DNA from: Erysipelothrix inopinata | GTDB taxonomy: Bacteria; Bacillota_I; Bacilli_A; Erysipelotrichales; Erysipelotrichaceae | Length of the DNA stretch: 32,000 nt | Assembly (NCBI RefSeq): GCF_014396165.1 | Contig: NZ_CP060715.1 | Span: 600,001 to 632,000 of the forward strand | Reading direction: 5' to 3' | Shown: piece after piece, positions 1-7,257 of the stretch | How the letters are laid out: every line of letters begins with the position of its first letter | Position numbering within the stretch: the stretch's first letter is position 1 | Translations under genes and position numbers: made by a program | The notes under the pieces: generated by a model | Told to the model about the DNA's origin: nothing | The model's database searches: none | The model's input: the letters and a program-made list of their open reading frames with translations, nothing else

Positions 1-2
1 CT

Positions 3-593
3 AAGAGTGGGTGTTTTGGATCTGTTGCTGATTTTCGAGAGATTCAAGGATTTACACACTATCCAGAAATTGAAGGAGGCATTCTCCAAGAAGCGTGCCA
101 AGAAATCATTCAAGATTACTTTAAAGAAAAACGCCAAGATACAGTTCAAGTAAAAAGAGTTACGACGCAAGAACAACTCCAACAATGTTTGGATATCAGA
201 AAAAAAGTGTTTGTACAAGAACAACATGTAGATATCTCTATAGAGGTTGATCAATACGATGTCATTGATTCGGAAGAAGTTAAACATGTCATTGCGGTAT
301 ATCAAGGATCTGCTGTAGGAACCTTACGTTACTTCAAAGAAGGAAAACGTTACAAAGTGGGTCGTGTAGCAGTATTATCAACACATAGAGGTCTTGATAT
401 TGGCACGAAGATGCTTAACTATGTAGAGAAACAAGCACTAAACAATGGCATTGAAGAAATATATTTAGGTGCACAATGTAGAAGTATGAAATTCTATCTT
501 AGAAATGGATATGAAGCTTATGGTGATGTTTATGAAGAAGCTAATATCGAACACCAGTATATGAAGAAAAGTCTAAAAGAAAAGGGGCTCTAG
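3..593 (+). CDS. 5'-truncated CDS: TadA-like tRNA adenosine deaminase C-terminus fused in frame to a GNAT N-acetyltransferase domain
   Basis: Frame 3 is open from nt 3 to the TAG at 591-593. Nt 3-140 translate to KSGCFGSVADFREIQGFTHYPEIEGGILQEACQEIIQDYFKEKRQ. This resembles the conserved TadA C-terminus (B. subtilis ...GGCSGTLMNLL...VVSGVLEEECGGMLSAFFRELRKKK, recalled from memory). The rest has a GNAT fold pattern with the acetyl-CoA motif HRGLDIGTKM. The track's TTG start at 189 would remove the first strand and helix of the GNAT domain (VQVKRVTTQEQLQQCLDIRKKVF). Confidence 0.7.
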   Translation, partial: KSGCFGSVADFREIQGFTHYPEIEGGILQEACQEIIQDYFKEKRQDTVQVKRVTTQEQLQQCLDIRKKVFVQEQHVDISIEVDQYDVIDSEEVKHVIAVYQGSAVGTLRYFKEGKRYKVGRVAVLSTHRGLDIGTKMLNYVEKQALNNGIEEIYLGAQCRSMKFYLRNGYEAYGDVYEEANIEHQYMKKSLKEKGL

Positions 594-603
594 TGAGTCC
601 CTT
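582..603. terminator. Hairpin between the convergent GNAT-fusion and sortase genes
   Basis: AAGGGGCTC-tagt-GAGTCCCTT forms 9 bp including one G-U. The A-rich run upstream gives a U-tract for the minus-strand sortase transcript. The T-tract on the + strand is weak. Confidence 0.45.
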
Positions 604-609
604 TAATGT

Positions 610-1230
610 TTAAGTGAGTGGTATAACTTCGACCAGTTCTGCTTTCACAATCGTTCGCCAAGGATTGACAGTGGATTGTTCGGTACAGGTTACGAGTGTT
701 AATGTTGTTTTACCAGGAGTATCTTCGAGTACGGAAGTATCAGTATAGTGAACGTGGTCATCAATATTATAAATCTTATATACGAATGTGTTCTCTTTGT
801 TACTGATTTTAACTTCGTCACCATTTTCAAGTTTATCGAAGTTTCTAAAGACACAGCTTGCACAACGTCCATTATGACCAGCTATTGAGAAGTTTCCTTC
901 CAATGGTGGTTCAACAGAACGTTCCCAGGCTACAACATAACGATTAAGATAAGACCAATCATCTGATTTCATAATGAGATGATTCACATCTAATTTCTCA
1001 ATCTCGATAGTACCCCAAACAGTTCCAGTGGTTGCTTCTTCAGGTAATTCTTCGTCATCACTAAGTTGTGGTGCGTTCATGAAGTTTTGAAGATCACGTT
1101 TTTGTTGTTCTCGTTCAATATAGTTCACGACAAAATCCTTGCCGATGAGTGTTAACCCAGCGACAATCATGATTACGCCTAGAACTCCAAGGAAGCTCAC
1201 TTTTCTTTTCTTTTTCTTATTGTTTTCCAT
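610..1230 (-). CDS. Sortase family transpeptidase with an N-terminal membrane anchor
   Basis: Lys-rich N-terminus followed by a TM segment (VSFLGVLGVIMIVAGLTLIG). Catalytic His context is IAGHNG, the TLxTC motif is TLTLVTCTE, and a conserved Arg lies downstream (NPWRTIV). Confidence 0.85.
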   Translation of the reverse strand: MENNKKKKRKVSFLGVLGVIMIVAGLTLIGKDFVVNYIEREQQKRDLQNFMNAPQLSDDEELPEEATTGTVWGTIEIEKLDVNHLIMKSDDWSYLNRYVVAWERSVEPPLEGNFSIAGHNGRCASCVFRNFDKLENGDEVKISNKENTFVYKIYNIDDHVHYTDTSVLEDTPGKTTLTLVTCTEQSTVNPWRTIVKAELVEVIPLT

Positions 1231-1265
1231 AGATTAATTATAGGATAATAATTGTTGGAATACAA
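1231..1265 (-). promoter_or_regulatory. Candidate promoter giving a leaderless sortase mRNA
   Basis: The minus strand reads TTGTAT, 17 nt, TATAAT, taatct, ATG. No Shine-Dalgarno is possible in the 6-nt gap. Confidence 0.45.
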
Positions 1266-1278
1266 TAGAACCGACCTA

Positions 1279-1287
1279 TGATATAAT
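1279..1287 (+). promoter_or_regulatory. Extended -10 promoter element upstream of dnaX
   Basis: TGaTATAAT lies 19 nt upstream of the dnaX ATG at 1306. The SD AAAGGTGA follows it. Confidence 0.5.
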
Positions 1288-1305
1288 GTTAGAAAGGTGA
1301 TGAAA

Positions 1306-3156
1306 ATGGCATATCAATCGTTATATAGAAAGTATCGTCCTGCTACAATGGATGAAGTTGTAGGACAAGAACATATCTTAAATATTCTTAGAAATTCAAT
1401 CATAAAAGACAAGGTATCACATGCATACCTCTTTTGCGGTCCGAGAGGTACTGGAAAGACATCGATTGCGAAAGTCTTTGCCAATGCCATTAATTGTGAA
1501 GAACAAGGACAATTTGCCTGTGGCAAATGTCCGAACTGTCTTGCAAGCCAAGAGGGTAATCATCCTGACCTCATAGAAATTGATGCAGCAAGTAATAACG
1601 GAGTTGATGAAATACGAAGTGTTATTGACCGTGTGAAGTTTACACCAATTTTAGGTAAGTATAAAGTTTATATTATTGATGAGGTTCATATGCTATCTCA
1701 AGGTGCTTTTAATGCACTCTTGAAGACTCTAGAAGAACCACCAAGTCATGTTGTATTTATTCTCGCAACAACTGAAATTCATAAAGTTATTCCAACGATT
1801 ATTTCACGTTGCCAGCGATTCGACTTTATGAGAATTCCAGATCGTCAAATTGAAGAACGATTGGATTATGTACTCCAACAAGAAAATGTAGAAGCTGAAC
1901 CAGGAGCAACAGCACTTATTGCTTCCCTATCTGGGGGAGGACTTCGTAATGCTCTCACAATCTTAGAAAAAGCGATTATCCTTGCGGATGATCGAATTAC
2001 AGTAAGTGAAATTTATGAATCAAACAGTATGTTAACTGTTGATGGAAAAATTAAATTATTTGATGCTATTAGTACAAAAGATATGAAACAGTTGGTTCAA
2101 GAAATTGAAGTGATTCAAAAGAAGTCTGTTCAACATGATCGTGTCCTTACCGACTTTGTTCGCTCATTGAAGGATAGTATTGTTTATGAGAAGACAGGTG
2201 CAACCGGTGATATGGAGTTTGATCTGGATTTTATTAAATTCTTGGTATCATCATTCAGAATGGATTATCGTTTTAAAATGATTACAAAGTTATTGGAGTA
2301 TGCAGATAAGATGCGCTACTCACAAAATCCCGAAATATACTTTGAGGTGGCACTGATTGATTTATTTAATCTCTATAATCCTGAAGTAATCCGAGATTCT
2401 GTAAGACAAGAACCAATCGTTCACGAAATTAAACCTGAAATTGTGAAAGAAATAGTTGTAGAAACTGAATACAATGAACCAACAATTAAAGCAGAACCAA
2501 GTGAGCCAGCTGTTGAAGTTCAAGAGGAACCTAGAATTGAAGCAGTAGAAGAAAATCATGAAGTAGAAGAAGAACTGTTATCCGAAGAATTCGAAGAAGA
2601 TCTCGAAGAATTCTTTGAAGAAGAAGTAGAAGCTCTAAATCCAACACATGGATATGAAACTACGAATACCAAGATAATTAACGATACGATGGATCTTGTT
2701 CGGTTAATGGTAGGTGCAGACAAAGAACTACGATTTGAAGATGAGAAAAAATTCACAAAGTTGGATGAATATCGCACCCACTTAACGTGGGCTAAATGTG
2801 CACGTCTTTTAGGTGGTGGAAAAATTGCACTTAGTAGCCATGATTATGTTCTCGTTATGATGAATCATGAAATTGAAGTCAATGAGATTTCAGAGGAACG
2901 GAACCTTGAAGAATTAAATAATTTTTCAAAAGTGATTTTTGGGAAAGAAAAGCGAATTCTTGCAACGCAACCTGATTCATTCAAGGATGCGGTCGAATCT
3001 TTTGTTTCTCTATCACAATCAGGAAACTTACCAGAACCGTTTGATACTTCTTGCTTCAAAGTAGTATCTCAAGAAATGTCAGTTGAACAGACAAAAGATG
3101 ACAAAATAGATAAATTAAATGACCTCTTTGGAGAGCGTTTAAACATAATTGAATAG
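1306..3156 (+). CDS. dnaX: DNA polymerase III subunit gamma/tau
   Basis: MAYQSLYRKYRP...VVGQEH start, Walker A GPRGTGKTS, a Cys4 module (CEEQGQFACGKCPNC), DEVHML and SRCQRF. The ATG at 1306 is preferred over the track's GTG at 1297 because of the SD AAAGGTGA spacing and agreement with the B. subtilis DnaX N-terminus (MSYQALYR). An acidic E/P/V-rich linker spans roughly aa 385-445. Confidence 0.95.
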   Translation: MAYQSLYRKYRPATMDEVVGQEHILNILRNSIIKDKVSHAYLFCGPRGTGKTSIAKVFANAINCEEQGQFACGKCPNCLASQEGNHPDLIEIDAASNNGVDEIRSVIDRVKFTPILGKYKVYIIDEVHMLSQGAFNALLKTLEEPPSHVVFILATTEIHKVIPTIISRCQRFDFMRIPDRQIEERLDYVLQQENVEAEPGATALIASLSGGGLRNALTILEKAIILADDRITVSEIYESNSMLTVDGKIKLFDAISTKDMKQLVQEIEVIQKKSVQHDRVLTDFVRSLKDSIVYEKTGATGDMEFDLDFIKFLVSSFRMDYRFKMITKLLEYADKMRYSQNPEIYFEVALIDLFNLYNPEVIRDSVRQEPIVHEIKPEIVKEIVVETEYNEPTIKAEPSEPAVEVQEEPRIEAVEENHEVEEELLSEEFEEDLEEFFEEEVEALNPTHGYETTNTKIINDTMDLVRLMVGADKELRFEDEKKFTKLDEYRTHLTWAKCARLLGGGKIALSSHDYVLVMMNHEIEVNEISEERNLEELNNFSKVIFGKEKRILATQPDSFKDAVESFVSLSQSGNLPEPFDTSCFKVVSQEMSVEQTKDDKIDKLNDLFGERLNIIE

Positions 3157-3167
3157 AGGTGTAGGAA

Positions 3168-3755
3168 ATGTATCCAAGTTCGTTAGAAAAGTTAATAGAG
3201 AGCTTTAAAATGCTTCCTGGGGTCGGGCAAAAGACTGCAGAGAGATATGCTTTGCATATGTTGGAGCAAAATGTTGAAAAAGTGGATGAATTTTCTAAAT
3301 CAATGGTTGATGCTCACGAAAAAATCAAACCTTGTCATGTATGTCATAATTTTACTGAACATGATCTGTGTTCGATATGTGAGGATGGCACTCGTGATAA
3401 ATCAATCATCTGTGTCGTAGCAAGTGCACGTGAAGTGATGGCAATCGAGAAAATGAATCAATTTCACGGTGTTTATCATGTATTAGATGGATTGATTTCC
3501 ACACAAAAAGGCATTCTACCTGACGATTTGAATATTGATAATCTCATCAATCGAATTGATGAATCGGTTACTGAAGTAATCCTAGGTTTAAACGCTACTG
3601 TCGAAGGAGAAATGACTTCCCTTTACTTGGCAAAAAAACTCGAAAACAAGACAACGGTAACGCGTCTTGCTTTTGGTCTCCCTATCGGTGGTCATCTTGA
3701 TTATGCTGATGACATGACATTAATGAAAGCATTTGAAGGAAGAAATAAATTATAG
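3168..3755 (+). CDS. recR: Recombination protein RecR
   Basis: HhH motif LPGVGQKTAERYA, Cys4 zinc finger CHVCHNFTEHDLCSIC, and a Toprim region (IICVVASAREVMAIE). It starts 11 nt after dnaX. Confidence 0.95.
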   Translation: MYPSSLEKLIESFKMLPGVGQKTAERYALHMLEQNVEKVDEFSKSMVDAHEKIKPCHVCHNFTEHDLCSICEDGTRDKSIICVVASAREVMAIEKMNQFHGVYHVLDGLISTQKGILPDDLNIDNLINRIDESVTEVILGLNATVEGEMTSLYLAKKLENKTTVTRLAFGLPIGGHLDYADDMTLMKAFEGRNKL

Positions 3756-3764
3756 GAGGAAATT

Positions 3765-4628
3765 ATGAGCTCAATCGCGTATATATCAGATGAAAAAATG
3801 CTTGAATATCACCGAAGTTGTGGCAATCGTCATATTAATTTCTGGCGTTTGAGTATCAAAAAATTTGAACGATTTGGTGATGGAGACCTCCTCTTCTTTA
3901 TTGATAAAAGACATGTTCATCCCCAAACCAAAGAAAAGGGTATTATTGGTTATGGACGAGCACGTAAAATTAGAACTATGAGTGTAAAACGTACTTGGAC
4001 TGAATACGAAGAGATGAATGGTTACCAATCATATCAACTCTATAAAGAGGCCATTTTGAATATTAGTAAAGATAATGTTATTCCAAAGCAAATTCAGTCA
4101 ATTGAACTAGATCACGTTGTATTCTTCAAAGGACCCATCTACTTAAGTGAAGTAGATTTTGAACTTACCAGAAATCTTGAATCGTTTACTTATCTACGAA
4201 ATAATGTAGCACAAGAATTTTTAGAAAAATCAGATAGAATTGGTATTGATTCATGGTTTGCATTAATGAATCAAAACATTGAAATCAATCTAATCTACGA
4301 GGATATTCAGGAACAAAAAATTAGGAACGTGCTTTCTAAAATCAATATTGATTGGACATATCAACAAGAAATGTTACTAAATAACATTGAAGATATCCAA
4401 AAAATTGGCCCCCTTGGTTATCGCTATAATGAGATGAAGAGTGATATTTACATTCCATGTTCATCACTCAAGAATCAATATTATGAAATCTTAGGCATTG
4501 CAACATGGATAAAAAAAGAACTTGAAGATTTCAAGTTCAATGTATATGTCGTAATGAGAAATACAGGTTCTCATGATGATCAAGAAAAATATCTTAAATC
4601 TTCGAATTTAATGCCCTTATATATTTAG
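3765..4628 (+). CDS. Hypothetical protein coupled to recR, with a possible PUA/EVE-like N-terminal domain
   Basis: An AGGAGGA SD overlaps the recR stop and the ATG lies 9 nt after it. The ORF is 287 codons long in AT-rich DNA. For the N-terminal pattern, see findings. Confidence 0.7.
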   Translation: MSSIAYISDEKMLEYHRSCGNRHINFWRLSIKKFERFGDGDLLFFIDKRHVHPQTKEKGIIGYGRARKIRTMSVKRTWTEYEEMNGYQSYQLYKEAILNISKDNVIPKQIQSIELDHVVFFKGPIYLSEVDFELTRNLESFTYLRNNVAQEFLEKSDRIGIDSWFALMNQNIEINLIYEDIQEQKIRNVLSKINIDWTYQQEMLLNNIEDIQKIGPLGYRYNEMKSDIYIPCSSLKNQYYEILGIATWIKKELEDFKFNVYVVMRNTGSHDDQEKYLKSSNLMPLYI

Positions 4629-5136
4629 GTTTTGATTCGTGATACTCAATATTATAACTTTGTAATTTTTCTTTATAGTGATCATATGCGAGAGGGTGAT
4701 CTTCAAAGAGCTCATACTCCAGTTCATAGTCAGTATGATGCTTAAATTCCGTTTTATCTAAACACCAGACACCGTATTGGTCTTCCATGAGGTGTCTTTT
4801 TGTTTTGCTTAGTGCAACTTCACGCATATCGCTAGGATCAATATCATACTCGCGTAAAAATCTTTCAATATCAGGATCATTAAGATCTTTATCCTCTAGA
4901 ATTTTTTCGAGTTCTAGTACGCCTTTCTCTTGAGGAATTTTAATGGTGAGTTCGAATGTGTTGTCGTATTCTCGAATACGACACATGATTGAATGCGAGA
5001 ATAAATCACGATTTAAAGTATCATAATAGGTGTTAATTTGTAATGCACCTTGATCGAAAGGTAACGCTTTTCGAAGTGAATTATAAAGGGACTCATCTAG
5101 CATTGTTTTGTATTCAATTTCAATATTTTGTTTCAT
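4594..5136 (-). CDS. CYTH-domain protein (triphosphate tunnel metalloenzyme, YjbK-like)
   Basis: N-terminal ExExK signature (MKQNIEIEYK), about 180 aa. It neighbours NAD kinase, as yjbK neighbours ppnKA in B. subtilis. Confidence 0.8.
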   Translation of the reverse strand: MKQNIEIEYKTMLDESLYNSLRKALPFDQGALQINTYYDTLNRDLFSHSIMCRIREYDNTFELTIKIPQEKGVLELEKILEDKDLNDPDIERFLREYDIDPSDMREVALSKTKRHLMEDQYGVWCLDKTEFKHHTDYELEYELFEDHPLAYDHYKEKLQSYNIEYHESKPKYIRALNSKI

Positions 5137-5177
5137 ATAACTATGTTACAATAAGTTAAGAAGAAAGGGAAGTGGCG
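5137..5177. promoter_or_regulatory. Compact 41-nt divergent control region between the CYTH gene and nadK
   Basis: The + strand has TGtTACAAT (5144-5152), then the SD AAAGGGAAG, then ATG at 5178. The minus strand has TAACAT (5148-5143), agttat, ATG at 5136, with no SD. The two -10-like hexamers overlap on opposite strands. Confidence 0.4.
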
Positions 5178-5960
5178 ATGAAACGATTTACTTTAGTTAA
5201 CCGTGGTGATGATGAATCGAAGCGTGTCTGTGAATATATTCGGGAATCATTAACTTCTAACGGTAAGATATACGATCCCGTTGATCCTGACTTAGTAATT
5301 AGTGTCGGAGGGGACGGAACATTACTAAAAGCATTGCATGATTGGATTCATAAAATCGATCGTGTTGCGTTTGTTGGAATTCATACAGGAACCTTAGGCT
5401 TTTCTACGGACTATGTTGCTGATGAAGTTGATGATTTTATTCAAGATTGTTTACGAGGACCTTTTGAAATTGAAGAGAAAAGGCTTTTGGAAGCAGTTTG
5501 TATCAATTCAGTTCAAGAAAGTAAAATAATTGCTTTGAATGAAATTCGGGTAGAAAATATCGTAAAGACTCAGGAGATGGATATTTATCTTGATGGTGTA
5601 TATTTTGAAACGTTTAGAGGAAACGGCGTTTGCATCTCTGGTCAATATGGTTCAACAGCATACAACCGTTCTATTGGTGGGGCTGTCATTTTCCCAGGAC
5701 TTGATTTGCTGCAACTCTCTGAAATATCGGGAATTCATCACCGACATGCTCGAAGCATGGGCTCACCCTTGATTATGAATCCCGAATCCGAAATTGTCTT
5801 GAAACATGAATCGTTTGACCATGCACTCCTTTGTTATGATCATCTTCATATGCATTTAGATGGAATTCATGAAATTAAAATATCGAGTTATCCTTTACCA
5901 ATGAGATTCGCTAGATATAAGGCAGTGCCTCATATTCAAAGACTTAATGCACTATTTTAA
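5178..5960 (+). CDS. nadK: NAD kinase
   Basis: GGDGTLL motif, NEIRVE, and a YGSTAYNRSIGG region. The ATG at 5178 has better SD spacing than the track's GTG at 5172. Confidence 0.9.
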   Translation: MKRFTLVNRGDDESKRVCEYIRESLTSNGKIYDPVDPDLVISVGGDGTLLKALHDWIHKIDRVAFVGIHTGTLGFSTDYVADEVDDFIQDCLRGPFEIEEKRLLEAVCINSVQESKIIALNEIRVENIVKTQEMDIYLDGVYFETFRGNGVCISGQYGSTAYNRSIGGAVIFPGLDLLQLSEISGIHHRHARSMGSPLIMNPESEIVLKHESFDHALLCYDHLHMHLDGIHEIKISSYPLPMRFARYKAVPHIQRLNALF

Positions 5961-5986
5961 AAAAAAGATGCCACGGCATCTTTTTT
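5961..5986. terminator. Bidirectional rho-independent terminator
   Basis: AAAAAAGATGCC-ac-GGCATCTTTTTT is a perfect palindrome flanked by A and T runs, between the convergent nadK and SEDS genes. Confidence 0.8.
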
Positions 5987-7187
5987 AGTGTTTATGTAAG
6001 TTTTGCGTATCACTGTACATTTGGTATGCGACTGCAATTGGAACCATATATGAAATTAATGACGATCCCCCATAAGATATGAACGGAAGGGTAATTCCAG
6101 TAATTGGAAGTACGGAGAGAATCATCCCCATATTTTGGAAACCTTGGAAGATTAGCATTCCTAGGATACCCATCATAAAGTATCGTTCTTTCTGTAGATT
6201 TGATTTTAATGTATTCCATGCAAGTTTAAAGTATAGTGCAAATGAAGTGAGTATTACGGTACATCCACCGATAAATCCAAAGTTTTGATTAATAACTGCA
6301 AAGATAAAATCTGTTTGGGCTTCAGGGAAGTGTGCAATGACTTGGAAGAAAGGACGATGTCCTGTTACTCCAGCAGTTCCAATTGATAGAAGTGCTTGGA
6401 AAACTTGATACCCGTCGGTTAATGCATATTTCTCATAATCAAGCCAACCATTAAAACGATTCAGTCGATACCCTGTAGCACCACCACCTAATAGTGAGTT
6501 AAGAATATCGGGGAAATTATAGTATAAGAACACAATGCCAAATAACGCTCCGAATGCAATTCCAAATACAATAAAGAACCATTCTTTTCGAACACCTGAA
6601 ATTAGGAACATGGTTGCTAAACTAAAGAGGATAACAATTGGAACTCCGGTGTCTGGTTGTAAGAAGATAAGGATAAATGGAGGCAGTGCCCATGCCGCCA
6701 TCTTTAGAAAGAGTTGCCAGTCACTTCTGAATGAATACTCTGTTTTATTAGCGTTATGTTCTTGAATAATATTTGCTGATTTAATACAGAGAACGATTTT
6801 TACAAACTCAGAGGGTTGGAAGGATCCGATACCTGGAATAATATACCATGCGTATGTACCATTAATTTGAGGCATTAGTTTTGGGAATATGTGTGTAAAT
6901 CGTGCGACGAGAAGTCCAACGAGAAATACCATTAAAATCCAGTACATAATATCAACAAAGGTAAAGATTCTTTCAACGCCTATTTTTAGAAGGGCAATAA
7001 CAGTAACAATACCGATTGAATACCACATAATTTGTTTTTGTACGATAGTTTTTGCTTCGTGTACGTTCATGAGTGGTCGTGCCATATAAATTGAAACAAA
7101 ACTGATCAGTGCTAGAGCAATGAGTAGCATTGTTAGGACACGATCGACTGTGAACTGACGTTTGCTTTCATTTATAAATTTGTTCAT
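5985..7187 (-). CDS. SEDS-family peptidoglycan glycosyltransferase (FtsW/RodA/SpoVE)
   Basis: Polytopic membrane protein with LQPDTG and PFISYGGSS motifs. AAGGAGG SD upstream. Confidence 0.9.
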   Translation of the reverse strand: MNKFINESKRQFTVDRVLTMLLIALALISFVSIYMARPLMNVHEAKTIVQKQIMWYSIGIVTVIALLKIGVERIFTFVDIMYWILMVFLVGLLVARFTHIFPKLMPQINGTYAWYIIPGIGSFQPSEFVKIVLCIKSANIIQEHNANKTEYSFRSDWQLFLKMAAWALPPFILIFLQPDTGVPIVILFSLATMFLISGVRKEWFFIVFGIAFGALFGIVFLYYNFPDILNSLLGGGATGYRLNRFNGWLDYEKYALTDGYQVFQALLSIGTAGVTGHRPFFQVIAHFPEAQTDFIFAVINQNFGFIGGCTVILTSFALYFKLAWNTLKSNLQKERYFMMGILGMLIFQGFQNMGMILSVLPITGITLPFISYGGSSLISYMVPIAVAYQMYSDTQNLHKH

Positions 7188-7257
7188 AAAGCCTCCTTTT
7201 GCGAATGCTTGTTATGGTGTATAATAGAAAAGAAAAGTAAAGTAAGAGGTGTTCCAG

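Noticed and set aside
594-1305. SRP (4.5S/scRNA) gene expected between tadA and dnaX by analogy with Bacillus.
   Set aside because: The interval is filled by a minus-strand sortase CDS. The remaining 66-nt spacer is too short and shows no SRP domain IV-like hairpin.
2380-2640. E/P/V-rich acidic tract in DnaX, and the similar tract in MutL (about 12340-12530), considered as possible tandem repeats or an insertion.
   Set aside because: No exact nucleotide periodicity was seen. Such compositionally biased interdomain linkers are normal in tau and MutL. Only the tRNA-like piece in mutL is reported separately.
2741-2760. A-run (GAGAAAAAATTC) in dnaX checked as a programmed frameshift or slippage site producing a gamma subunit, as in E. 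coli or Thermus.
   Set aside because: It is not an X XXY YYZ heptamer in the zero frame and has no downstream hairpin. It also lies far into the C-terminal domain, so there is no support for recoding.
1314-3059. Minus-strand ORFs inside dnaX (1314-1526, 2362-2559, 2556-2777, 2865-3059), two of them with striking low-complexity Ser or Phe/Asn-rich translations.
   Set aside because: They are antisense shadows of a strongly supported dnaX frame. The low-complexity peptides are simply the reverse reading of the GAA/GAG-rich acidic linker. None has an SD or promoter.
5590-5772. A 60-aa + strand ORF in an alternative frame inside nadK.
   Set aside because: It is fully embedded in a well-supported CDS, with no SD and no recognisable motif.
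6010-7089. Several 66-76 aa ORFs on both strands within the SEDS gene.
   Set aside because: They are shadow ORFs inside a conserved polytopic membrane protein gene.
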